NCBI GenBank assembly: GCA_030601305.1
Contig: JAUVTV010000002.1
Span: 1-44,656, forward strand
Length of the DNA: 44,656 nucleotides
Direction: 5' to 3'
From: Candidatus Eiseniibacteriota bacterium
GTDB taxonomy: Bacteria > Eisenbacteria > RBG-16-71-46 > CAIMUX01 > WJJG01
Every line of letters begins with the position of its first letter. The first letter of the stretch is position 1. The position numbers were made by a program, and so were the translations under genes. Positions 1 through 8,231 of the stretch are shown here, piece after piece. The notes below the pieces were generated by a model. The model was not told the origin of the DNA and searched no databases. It saw only the letters and a program-made list of their open reading frames with translations.

Positions 1-98
1 CCCTGGAGACCGAAGGGCTCGAGCTGCGCTTGCGCGGGAAGGGCGACACCGAGCAGAACCAGCAGCAGAAGGCCAGACCAGACGATGCGGACATGCAC
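1..98 (-). CDS. 5' end of a secreted protein with a Sec signal peptide (runs off window start)
   Basis: Not in the ORF track. GTG at 98-96, just downstream of the apt stop, reads MHVRIVWSGLLLLVLLGVALPAQA-QLEPFGLQ: basic N-region, Leu-rich h-region, AxA cleavage site. Confidence 0.7.
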   Translation of the reverse strand, partial: MHVRIVWSGLLLLVLLGVALPAQAQLEPFGLQ

Positions 99-104
99 GA
101 CGGC

Positions 105-656
105 CTACTCCCCTTCCCCGAACCCGATCAGGCTGCGGATCTGCTGGTCATCGACGCCGGCCGCACGCAGCTTCGCGCGCCCGCCGAGGAAGGTCAGCTC
201 GACGAGAAGGCCCACCCCGGCGAGCACGCCCTTGCCGCGAGACACCAGGCGTGCCGCGGCGGCCGCCGTGCCACCGGTTGCCAGGAGATCGTCGACGATG
301 AGAACCCGTTGCCCCGCAGGGAAAGCGTCGGTGTGGATCTCGAGTTCCGCCTCGCCGTACTCCAAGGTGTACGACTCGCGAAGGCAGTTCCAAGGCAACT
401 TGCCCGGCTTGCGTAACGGGAAGAACGGCTTGCCCGCCGTGTGCGCCACGAGCGCGCCGAGGATGAAGCCGCGGGCCTCGATGCCGCCGACGACATCGAA
501 CCCGTCGCCGGCAAACGCCCGCGTGATCTCGCCGACGCAACGTGCCAGGAGCGGGGGATCCTGCAGCACGGGGGTGATGTCCTTGAAGAGGATGCCCGGC
601 TTGGGGAAGTCGGGCACCGTACGGATTGATTCTCTGAGTGAATCTCTCAGGTCCAT
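105..656 (-). CDS. apt: adenine phosphoribosyltransferase
   Basis: IRTVPDFPKPGILFKDIT, IEARGF, RKPGKLP, YTLEYG, PRPP motif VLIVDDLLATGGT; GAGGAG RBS. Confidence 0.97.
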   Translation of the reverse strand: MDLRDSLRESIRTVPDFPKPGILFKDITPVLQDPPLLARCVGEITRAFAGDGFDVVGGIEARGFILGALVAHTAGKPFFPLRKPGKLPWNCLRESYTLEYGEAELEIHTDAFPAGQRVLIVDDLLATGGTAAAAARLVSRGKGVLAGVGLLVELTFLGGRAKLRAAGVDDQQIRSLIGFGEGE

Positions 657-728
657 GGCGCGCTCCTCGAAACCCGCCCGTGGGGCGAGCCCTGCCGTAG
701 GTTCCAGGCCCGTTTCAGGGGCGCAGAA

Positions 729-758
729 ACTCTATCCGCCAGACGGCGCGCATCTCAA
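729..758 (-). promoter_or_regulatory. candidate sigma70 promoter for apt
   Basis: TTGAGA-18 nt-TAGAGT on the minus strand, about 70 nt upstream of the ATG. Confidence 0.4.
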
Positions 759-814
759 GGCCATTCGCAACCGCCCCCGCGCCGGGACGACTCGGGTTCC
801 CGGCACGCCGGGTC

Positions 815-1882
815 TCAAGACCACTTGCTGCTGCGCAGACGTTCGAGCACTTGGGCTCCGCGCCGTTCCTCTTCCTCGATCCACTCGCGCAGGCGCTTCA
901 GCGCACGCCGCTCGATCTGGCGCACGCGCTCGCGACTGACGCCCAGGAAGAGCCCGGTGCGCGTGAGACTCCGCGGTCTGCCGTCCATCAACCCATAGCG
1001 GATGCGCAGCGCCAGGTACTCGCGCTCCGAAAGCCGCTGCATCAACTCTTCGAGATGCCGGCACTCCATCTGGCGATGAAGCACCTCTTCGAGTGACGGC
1101 CCCCCAGGAAGCTTCTCCATGAGCGTCAGCCCGCGACCGGCCTCACCGACGGCCTTTTCATCGAGCGACTTGATGCCACGCACCAGTGCCGTCACGCTAC
1201 GCGCCCGCCGCGGACCGAACCCGGCCGCGCGACTGATCTCGCTCGTGTCCGGGAAGCGGCCCAGCTCGAGGGTGAGCTTGCGCTCGGTCTCGATGTAGCG
1301 GTGCAGCGATCGCATGACGTGCAGCGGGATCTTGAGTGTGCGCGACTGCTCGGAGAGCCCCTTGGCGATCCCGAGCCGGATCCACCATGCCGCGTAGGTC
1401 GAGAACCGGAATCCTCTCTCCGGATCGAACCGCTTCACGGCGGTGATCAAGCCCAGGTTGCCTTCCTCGATGAGGTCCTCCAGGTCGAGTCCCCGCCCGG
1501 AAAACTTGCGTGCCATGCTCACCACGAGACGCAGGTTGCTCACCACGAGCAACTCCGTGGCACGCTCGTCACCGGCCTGGACACGCCGAGCCACGATGCG
1601 CTCTTCACGCGGCGTCAGCAGACGGTGTCGGCCCACATCTCGGAAGTAGACCGATAGCGCCTGGAGCGACGGTGGCGGGGGAGCCGGCGTCGCCGGATCA
1701 CGAATGGTGATCCCCAGCGTCCGCGTGAGGTCCAGGAAGAGCGAGAACTCCGAGGCATCGGGGACTGTCGAGAGGAGGGAAGCCTCGACTTGGGTAGCGC
1801 ACAGCTCCCCGTTCTTCTGCCCCTCGGCGAGCAGATCCGTGAGAGTCCGCACGCGCGTCGCAACGCGCTTCTTGACTGCCAT
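815..1882 (-). CDS. RpoD/RpoS-family (group 2-like) sigma-70 factor
   Basis: Region 1.2 LSVYFRDVGRHRLLTPREE; region 2 SNLRLVVSMARKF..DLIEEGNLGL..RFDPERGFRFSTYAAWWIR; region 4.2 LGVSRERVRQIE. Start set at ATG 1882 (purine-rich RBS; the longer ORF start abuts the tRNA). Position after surE-pcm resembles rpoS. Confidence 0.9.
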   Translation of the reverse strand: MAVKKRVATRVRTLTDLLAEGQKNGELCATQVEASLLSTVPDASEFSLFLDLTRTLGITIRDPATPAPPPPSLQALSVYFRDVGRHRLLTPREERIVARRVQAGDERATELLVVSNLRLVVSMARKFSGRGLDLEDLIEEGNLGLITAVKRFDPERGFRFSTYAAWWIRLGIAKGLSEQSRTLKIPLHVMRSLHRYIETERKLTLELGRFPDTSEISRAAGFGPRRARSVTALVRGIKSLDEKAVGEAGRGLTLMEKLPGGPSLEEVLHRQMECRHLEELMQRLSEREYLALRIRYGLMDGRPRSLTRTGLFLGVSRERVRQIERRALKRLREWIEEEERRGAQVLERLRSSKWS

Positions 1883-1930
1883 GGTACCCCCCCTTTCTGG
1901 GGGATACCTCCAAGGAGACAAGGGGGGAAA

Positions 1931-2007
1931 TGGTCGGGGCGACTGGATTTGAACCAGCGACTCCCTAGTCCCGAACCAGGTGCGCTACCGGACTGCGCTA
2001 CGCCCCG
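1931..2007 (-). tRNA. tRNA-Pro (anticodon CGG)
   Basis: 77 nt CGGGGCGTAGCGCAG...CCTGG-TTCGGGA-CTAGG...GGTTCAAATCC..CGCCCCGACCA; cloverleaf with encoded CCA. Confidence 0.97.
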
Positions 2008-2028
2008 ACACAAAGCTCTTACACCAGT

Positions 2029-2057
2029 AGTTTGCAGATTACTCCTCGGCAGGTCAA
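2029..2057 (-). promoter_or_regulatory. candidate sigma70 promoter for tRNA-Pro(CGG)/sigma gene
   Basis: TTGACC-17 nt-CAAACT about 20 nt upstream of the tRNA; the -10 is weak. Confidence 0.4.
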
Positions 2058-2188
2058 GGGGGTTTCTGTCGCCCGAACCCGCTCGGGAGACGGCGATTGT
2101 GCAAGTTGGAATTATATCCCGCATCGTGTGAATGAGTTACCGGAAATCGATGTGAACGCACGTGAGGCCCAACGGACACGCAGATATC

Positions 2189-2692
2189 TCACAGGCCAAT
2201 CACCGCGAACACCCCCATCGTGGCCAAAGTGACGATACAGCCGGCAATCGCGACCCCGATGCCCGCGCACGGCAACGCCTTGCGGAAGGGAATCCCGAAG
2301 ACAAAGGCGGCCGCCGAACCCGTCCAGCCGCCCGTCACGGGCAGGGGGATGGCGACAAAGAGGATGAGCCCCAGCGCACCGTAGCGATCGATGACCTTGC
2401 CGCGTCGCCGCGTTCGCACGAAGAGCCAGGTGAAGAAGCGGTCCATCAGACGGCTTCGTCTCCGGAGCCAGTCCGAGGCGGGCCCCAGACCCAGGAGGAT
2501 GGGAATCAGCGGGACCATGTTGCCCAGCCAGGCCATCCCGAAAGCCACCGTCCAGTGAAGTGGCGGCCCCATCGCCGGGCTGAGCGCCCAGGGAATGGCG
2601 CCCCGCAGCTCCACGATCGGGAGCATGGCGATCACGAAGACCACCCATTCCTTCGGCAACATCGCAAACCACTGGGCGATGTCTTCAGTCAC
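2189..2692 (-). CDS. COG2426 / small multidrug export family membrane protein
   Basis: MLPIVELRGAIP and FVAIPLPVTGGWTG signatures; several hydrophobic segments; overlaps the pcm stop. Confidence 0.85.
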   Translation of the reverse strand: MTEDIAQWFAMLPKEWVVFVIAMLPIVELRGAIPWALSPAMGPPLHWTVAFGMAWLGNMVPLIPILLGLGPASDWLRRRSRLMDRFFTWLFVRTRRRGKVIDRYGALGLILFVAIPLPVTGGWTGSAAAFVFGIPFRKALPCAGIGVAIAGCIVTLATMGVFAVIGL

Positions 2693-3359
2693 CCTTCCAC
2701 CCCTCCTCCCCTACCAGAGGAACGAAGACACACGGCACGTCGGTGCGCTCGTGGAACCGGTCTCCCTCGCGCGTGATGATGCTCAGGATCTGGCCGCCGC
2801 GCGATCCGGTGGGCACGACCAGTCGGCCGCCATCGGCGAGCTGGTCCACCAGTGACGGCGGCACCCGGGGAGCCGCCGCGGTCACGATGATGCCGTCGTA
2901 CGGCGCGTAGGTCTTCCACCCGAGCGACCCGTCGCCGACGTGCTGCAGGACGTTCGTGATCTCAAGTCGCGCATACACCTCCTGCGCCCGCTTCGCGAGC
3001 GGCGCGAGGCGCTCGACCGTGAACACCGTGTGTACCAGCTCGCTCAGGATCGCCGCCTGGTAGCCGGATCCGGTTCCGATCTCGAGCACGCGATCCGACG
3101 GCCGCGGCTCAAGCGTCTGCGTCATGATCCCGACCATGTAGGGTTGGGAGATCGTCTGCCCGTGGCCGATGGGAAGCGCCCGATCGGAGTAGGCCTGCGC
3201 CGCGAGGGCCGACTCGACGAACTCGTGGCGCCGGATCTTGAGGAAGGCATCCAGCACCGCCTGGTCACGGATCCCCCGCGCGCGGAGCTGCTGCTCCGTC
3301 ATGCGCGCACGCGCCCTCCGGTAGTCGATCTTCACGCGCGCCCCCCCGTCGATCTTCAC
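2685..3359 (-). CDS. pcm: protein-L-isoaspartate O-methyltransferase
   Basis: LPIGHGQTISQPY, VLEIGTGSGYQAA, APYDGIIVTAAA, QLADGGRLVVP, FVPL. Start is ambiguous (GTG 3359 or 3335) because of a tandem duplication. Confidence 0.96.
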   Translation of the reverse strand: MKIDGGARVKIDYRRARARMTEQQLRARGIRDQAVLDAFLKIRRHEFVESALAAQAYSDRALPIGHGQTISQPYMVGIMTQTLEPRPSDRVLEIGTGSGYQAAILSELVHTVFTVERLAPLAKRAQEVYARLEITNVLQHVGDGSLGWKTYAPYDGIIVTAAAPRVPPSLVDQLADGGRLVVPTGSRGGQILSIITREGDRFHERTDVPCVFVPLVGEEGWKGD

Positions 3360-3381
3360 GCGCGGCCCCGTCGGTCGTCAC
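3324..3381. repeat. short tandem duplication across the pcm start
   Basis: GTCGATCTTCACGCGCG exact at 3324-3340 and 3348-3364 (24-nt period), plus a degenerate third unit ending at 3381. Confidence 0.85.
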
Positions 3382-3403
3382 GCACGATTCGTGCCCTTCG
3401 ATT

Positions 3404-4180
3404 CTAGGCCCGGTGGGAAGTACCGGCCAGATCGTTCTCCCACCCGCGGAGCGCTTCCAGGTCGGCATCGTCGGTCCAGTCCGTTTGCAGCGGCGTGATC
3501 GATACATATCCGGCGGAGACGGCCCCGAAGTCACTTTCGTCATCTTTGACCCACTCGGGTGGATCGCCGCCGATCCAGTAGTACGGCCGGCCCCGCGGGT
3601 CGACCTTGGCCACGATCTCGTCGCGATAGACGCGGACTCCGAGGCGCGTGGCCCTCAACCCGCGGATCTCGTCGCGGGGCAGATCGGGAAGATTGACGTT
3701 GAGGAGCCTTGCGGGGTGCGGGCCCGCATCGATCATGTGCGAGACGATCTGACGGGCGATCTGCCCCGAGGAGTCCAGGTGCTCCGGATTCCAATTCGTG
3801 TTCGAGAAGGCAATCGAAGGAAGACCCAGAAGGCGCCCTTCCAATGCGGCCGCGACCGTACCACTGTAGGTTACGTCGTCGCCCATGTTGGGCCCGTGGT
3901 TGATGCCCGAGACGACCAGATCGGGGTGGGGCTCGAGCACGCCGCGGATGCCGCGCACGGCCACCAGGACGCAGTCGGTAGGCGTGCCGGAGATGGAGAA
4001 CACCCTCTCGTCGTGGTGCCTCACGCGCAGCGGATCGCGCAAGGTGAGGGCATGGCTGGCGGCGCTTTGCTCGAGGTCCGGTGCGACGATCCAGATCTCG
4101 CCGAGCCCCTCCAGCGCCGCGGCCAGCTCGCGTAAGCCGCGCGCGTCGATGCCGTCGTCGTTGGTCAGTAGGATGCGCAT
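3404..4180 (-). CDS. surE: 5'/3'-nucleotidase SurE
   Basis: MRILLTNDDG, GTPTDCV, VVSGINHGPNMG, YSGTVAAA, GYVSITP. Confidence 0.97.
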   Translation of the reverse strand: MRILLTNDDGIDARGLRELAAALEGLGEIWIVAPDLEQSAASHALTLRDPLRVRHHDERVFSISGTPTDCVLVAVRGIRGVLEPHPDLVVSGINHGPNMGDDVTYSGTVAAALEGRLLGLPSIAFSNTNWNPEHLDSSGQIARQIVSHMIDAGPHPARLLNVNLPDLPRDEIRGLRATRLGVRVYRDEIVAKVDPRGRPYYWIGGDPPEWVKDDESDFGAVSAGYVSITPLQTDWTDDADLEALRGWENDLAGTSHRA

Positions 4181-4460
4181 GTCACCCCGCAAGTCGAGTT
4201 CCCGTTTCTCCGTTCAGGCAAAGAAGCTGGCACACCTGTGTACAGGATATCAAACCAAAAGAGGTGTTGGGGTGCTGAACGCCCCGTGACGGACCGTCAC
4301 ACGAATGGTGTCGGGTGCCCTGAGGTTCGTCGACTGGATCCAAGGGAATCACGCTCCAGTCCATCACTCTCGTTCGCTCGCGCCGTTCGCGCGGTAGGCA
4401 GACAGGCCGGATCCCGTCCTTGAGGTCGCGTCCCCCAGGCCGTGAAACATCATCGCACAA

Positions 4461-4486
4461 TCGCCCTTCGCGGATGCGAAGGGCGA
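4461..4486 (-). terminator. hairpin after tRNA-Pro(GGG), probable terminator
   Basis: Perfect 11-bp stem TCGCCCTTCGC/GCGAAGGGCGA with a 4-nt loop, 22 nt past the CCA; weak U-tract (TTGTG). Confidence 0.6.
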
Positions 4487-4508
4487 CGACATCGCCGGAG
4501 ATATGAGA

Positions 4509-4585
<77 letters not shown>

Positions 4586-4602
4586 ACCTTATCTACAGGG
4601 GA

Positions 4603-4632
4603 ATCCTACCAATACCCTGATCGCCCGATCAA
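4603..4632 (-). promoter_or_regulatory. candidate sigma70 promoter for tRNA-Pro(GGG)
   Basis: TTGATC-18 nt-TAGGAT with an extended -10 TG. Confidence 0.5.
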
Positions 4633-4686
4633 CCGCGAATGTTGAGCCTCAGGCGCGCCCCGGGTGTCCTGCGATCACACAACGGG

Positions 4687-5163
4687 TTAGCCGTTGTCCT
4701 GATCTTCCGGTGTGGGCAGTCGTTCCAGCCGCTGCCTAAGCTGTTCCAGCTCGCGCCGGATCTCCTTGAGGGCTTCTCCGATCAGGGCCGTCCGCTCTGC
4801 ACCCGTGCGGACGACGTCCGCCTCCGCCTCGCCGGCGTCCCGGGTCGTTCCCCGCGATCCAGAGGCCTTGGCGTAGCCGACCCTGTTCTCCTGCACCGTC
4901 CCGATGCGCTCGCCCGAGCGACGATCCTCGAGGAGTTTGCGCCGCGCGCCGGCGATGGTGAAACCCCGGTCGTAGAGCAGGTGCTTGATCTGCTCGATCA
5001 GCGCCACGTCCTTCGGGCGATACATGCGCACCCCCCCGCGGCTCTTGCGCGGCCGGAGCATGGAGAACTGCGTTTCCCAGTATCGCAGGACATGAGCCTT
5101 GACCCTGGTGTTCTCGCTCACCTTGCTGATCGAGTAGTACGACTTCGTGAGAGCGTCACTCAT
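4687..5163 (-). CDS. MerR-family HTH transcriptional regulator
   Basis: YYSISKVS..HVLRYWETQF..LRPRKSRGGVRMY..IKHLLYDRGFTIAGA, typical of the MerR-like gene found beside tRNA-Pro. Confidence 0.9.
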   Translation of the reverse strand: MSDALTKSYYSISKVSENTRVKAHVLRYWETQFSMLRPRKSRGGVRMYRPKDVALIEQIKHLLYDRGFTIAGARRKLLEDRRSGERIGTVQENRVGYAKASGSRGTTRDAGEAEADVVRTGAERTALIGEALKEIRRELEQLRQRLERLPTPEDQDNG

Positions 5164-6202
5164 GGCCCTCCCCCCAAAACTCCTCTCGCGGCGGCCGGCT
5201 CATCAGCGTGACCAGCGCCTCCCGCGGATCCTTCCGCTCGTAGAGCACCGCGTGCACCTGCTCGGTGATCGGCATTTCGACACCCAGGCGGTGGGCGAGT
5301 TGGAGCGCGGAGCGAGTGGTGCGCACACCCTCTGCCACCATGACCATTTCGTCTAGAATCTGCGGCAGTGGGCGGCCATCCGCAAGCGCCAATCCGACCT
5401 GATGGTTTCGGCTGAGGTGGCTCGTACACGTCGTGACCAGGTCCCCGATGCCCGCGAGACCCAGGAAGGTCTCCCGCTGGGCCCCCATCCGCAGCCCCAG
5501 GCGGGCGATCTCCGCGAGACCCCGGGTGAGGAGCGCGCCCATCGCGTTGCGGCCCAGATCGAGCCCCTCGACGATCCCCGCGGCGATGGCGATGACGTTC
5601 TTGAGCGACACCCCCAGCTCGACCCCCAGGGGATCCGCGCTGGTGTAAATGCGCAAGTTGGGACCGGATAGGGCGGTCTGGACGCGGCATGCCGCATCCC
5701 GGTTCTCCGATGCCGCCAGCACGGCTGCGGGCAGCCCGGAGACGACCTCGGCAGCGAGACTGGGCCCGGCGAGGACCACCATGTCTTGGATCGCCAGACC
5801 GCTGCTTTCCGCGAAGACCTGGATCGGGGTCTTGCCCGTCTCCTCCTCGATCCCCTTCGTGGCGGACACCCAGATCACGGCGGCCTTCGTCTTCCCCTCC
5901 GCGCAGGCCGCCCGCACCCGTTCCCCCACGGAACGCATCACGTGCGAGGGAACCGCGATGATCGCGATCTCGGCACTCTCGAGCGCCTCCCCCAAGTCGG
6001 AGGTGACGCGGATCGTCTCCGGCAGGCGTTCCGCAGGCAGGAAGGGCAGGCTGAGCCGGCTGCGCGCAACCTCGGCGGCCCGCTCGGGGTCGAACTCCCA
6101 GAGACGCACCGGGTGCCAGAGGCGCGCCGCGTGAAGCGCGAGCGTCGTACCCCAACTCCCCGCACCGAGGACCGCCACCTCGCTCAGCTTCTCGCCGCTC
6201 AC
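5156..6202 (-). CDS. gpsA: NAD(P)H-dependent glycerol-3-phosphate dehydrogenase
   Basis: GAGSWGT, SATKGIE, LKNVIAIAAG, GLAGIGDLVTTCTS..SRN, AEGV. GTG start overlaps the plsY TGA (GTGA). Confidence 0.96.
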   Translation of the reverse strand: MSGEKLSEVAVLGAGSWGTTLALHAARLWHPVRLWEFDPERAAEVARSRLSLPFLPAERLPETIRVTSDLGEALESAEIAIIAVPSHVMRSVGERVRAACAEGKTKAAVIWVSATKGIEEETGKTPIQVFAESSGLAIQDMVVLAGPSLAAEVVSGLPAAVLAASENRDAACRVQTALSGPNLRIYTSADPLGVELGVSLKNVIAIAAGIVEGLDLGRNAMGALLTRGLAEIARLGLRMGAQRETFLGLAGIGDLVTTCTSHLSRNHQVGLALADGRPLPQILDEMVMVAEGVRTTRSALQLAHRLGVEMPITEQVHAVLYERKDPREALVTLMSRPPREEFWGEGHE

Positions 6203-6867
6203 TTCTTCCTCCCACGAACGCGAGACTCGGTGCCCGCCGCGATGCGCGACAAGTTCGCGCGGTGCCGCACGGCGATCAAGACGGCCAGAAGTGCGCCCGC
6301 AACGACGGCGCATTCGTGCAGCGGCGCCGGCGGCCCCCAGAGGATCGTCGCCAGCGGCATCAGCAGCGCGAGAGTCAGCGACCCCAGCGACACGAATCCG
6401 CTCACCGCCACCGTGATGCCGAATCCCAACACCCCGATGAGCGCCGGCAGCGGAGCCAGCGCCAGGAAGGCACCCAAGAGCGTCGCGACCCCCTTGCCGC
6501 CGCGAAAGCCCGCGAAGGGCGTGAGCACGTGTCCGGCCACGGCCGCAACGGCCGCAACCGCCGGCCAGGGGCTACCGCTCGCCACCGAGCCAAGGCCCAG
6601 GCACCCGGGCAGCCAGGCAACCGCAAGGAAGCCCTTGCCGATGTCGAGCAGCAGGGTGAGCGCTCCCCATCCGCGCCCCAGAGTGCGCAGGACGTTGGTC
6701 GCGCCCAGATTGCCGCTGCCGTGCTGGCGCACGTCGATCCCGCGCACCAGGCGACCGATCATGAGTCCAAAGGGAAGACTGCCGACCAGAAAGGCGAGGA
6801 TGACGAGGAGCGTGGCGCGCGCGGCCGGCGGCGCGCCGGCCGATGCGATGGCCGCCATGCCGATCAT
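6199..6867 (-). CDS. plsY: glycerol-3-phosphate acyltransferase PlsY
   Basis: GSLPFG, HGSGNLGATNVLR, DIGKG, GH..P..GFRGGKGVAT, RHRANL. ATG at 6867 overlaps the der stop (ATGA); the longer ORF 5' part is a shadow of der. Confidence 0.95.
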   Translation of the reverse strand: MIGMAAIASAGAPPAARATLLVILAFLVGSLPFGLMIGRLVRGIDVRQHGSGNLGATNVLRTLGRGWGALTLLLDIGKGFLAVAWLPGCLGLGSVASGSPWPAVAAVAAVAGHVLTPFAGFRGGKGVATLLGAFLALAPLPALIGVLGFGITVAVSGFVSLGSLTLALLMPLATILWGPPAPLHECAVVAGALLAVLIAVRHRANLSRIAAGTESRVRGRKK

Positions 6868-8222
6868 CGGCGTCCTCCCCGACTCCCGCGTGCGGGCGTG
6901 CCCTTGCTCTTGCGGATCTTGAAGCGAATGGGCGAGCCCTCGAACCCGAACGCCTCGCGAAACTGCCGCCCGAGATAGCGCAGATACTCCGGCGCCAGCA
7001 TCTCGGGGTGGCGCGTATGGAGGCCGAAGGTCGGCGGCGTCACGCGCAGCTGGGTCGCGTAGCGGATCTTCGGCGGGCGCTTCCCGTGTCTCCCGCGCGG
7101 CGGCGTGCGGTCGATCGCCTCCTGGAGCACGCGGTTGATCTCGGCCGTCGTGATCTTGCGCTGCGCCTGTTCGTACAGCCGAATGACGGTCTCGGGGATC
7201 TGCCCCACGCGCTGTCCGCTGAGCGCGGAAACGAACAGAATCGGCGCGTAGTCGAGAAAGGTCAGCGCGCCCCGCACCCGCTTCTGCGCTTCCACCATGG
7301 TGCCGGTGTCCTTGACGACGGCATCCCACTTGTTCATGAGAATCATGCCCACCTTGCCGCTTTCCTCGACGAGCGAGGCGACCCGCTGGTCCTGGCGGCT
7401 GATCTCGCACGTGGCATCCAGCATGAACAGCGCCACGTCGGCCCGCTCGAGCGCGCGCAGGCTGCGCAGCGACGCGTAGAACTCGAAGCCGGGAAGATGG
7501 TCCCACTTGTGCCGGATGCCCGCGGTGTCGATGAGCCAGAAGGTTTGCTTTTGCCATCGCCAGGGAACGTCGATCGCATCGCGCGTCGTGCCGGGGCGCT
7601 CGTCGACGATCACCCGCTCGCGGCCGAGAAGCCGATTGAGCAGGCTCGACTTGCCCACGTTGGGCCGTCCCAGGATCGCGATGCGAATGCCTTCCCCGGG
7701 ATCCTTCATGCTGCCGCCTTCGGGGAGCAGCGCCACGAGCGCATCCAGCGCCTCGCCCACCAGGCGCCCCTCGGTCGCGGACACCGGACAGATGTGCTCC
7801 CACCCGAGAACCTGGAACTCGTGGACGTGCGCCTCCCAGCGCTCGCCGTCGACCTTGTTGACGACCTGGAGCACGGGAACATCCGTCGAGAGCTGATGGA
7901 GCGTGCGCGAGATCTCCTCGTCCAGCGGCTGCAGCCCCTCGCGGCCGTCGGTCACGAAGAGCACCACGTCGCACTCCTCGAGCGCGCGCGTCACCTGCGA
8001 GGCGATGTACCCTTCCATGCCGCAGGTCGCGCTCGGCAACCAGCCACCGGTATCGACCAGGTAGAACTCTCGCCCGGCCCAGTCGGCCAGCCCCGCGTTG
8101 CGATCGCGCGTGACGCCCGGCGTGTCGTCGACCACCGCCTGCCGGCGATGGAGGATGCGGTTGAAGAGCGTCGACTTGCCGACGTTAGGGCGACCCACCA
8201 CAGCGACCACCGGAATGTGCAT
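6864..8222 (-). CDS. der: ribosome biogenesis GTPase Der (EngA)
   Basis: Two G domains (GRPNVGKS twice, DTGG/DTAG, NKVD/NKWD) and a C-terminal KH-like domain ending FGFEGSPIR. Confidence 0.97.
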   Translation of the reverse strand: MHIPVVAVVGRPNVGKSTLFNRILHRRQAVVDDTPGVTRDRNAGLADWAGREFYLVDTGGWLPSATCGMEGYIASQVTRALEECDVVLFVTDGREGLQPLDEEISRTLHQLSTDVPVLQVVNKVDGERWEAHVHEFQVLGWEHICPVSATEGRLVGEALDALVALLPEGGSMKDPGEGIRIAILGRPNVGKSSLLNRLLGRERVIVDERPGTTRDAIDVPWRWQKQTFWLIDTAGIRHKWDHLPGFEFYASLRSLRALERADVALFMLDATCEISRQDQRVASLVEESGKVGMILMNKWDAVVKDTGTMVEAQKRVRGALTFLDYAPILFVSALSGQRVGQIPETVIRLYEQAQRKITTAEINRVLQEAIDRTPPRGRHGKRPPKIRYATQLRVTPPTFGLHTRHPEMLAPEYLRYLGRQFREAFGFEGSPIRFKIRKSKGTPARGSRGGRR

Positions 8223-8231
8223 CTGCCGGCC

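Noticed and set aside
781-804. Hairpin after the sigma gene as an intrinsic terminator
   Set aside because: A 7-bp GC stem without a U-tract is not distinguishable from background at this GC content.
4227-4244. Sigma54 promoter (CTGGCAC...)
   Set aside because: No GC at the -12 position, and it points away from surE.
6199-7974. Apparent 591-aa PlsY fusion and similar long 5' extensions of lpxC, lolC/E, rlmI, DUF374 and miaA
   Set aside because: The extensions overlap the upstream gene in another frame; starts coupled to the upstream stop explain the real proteins.
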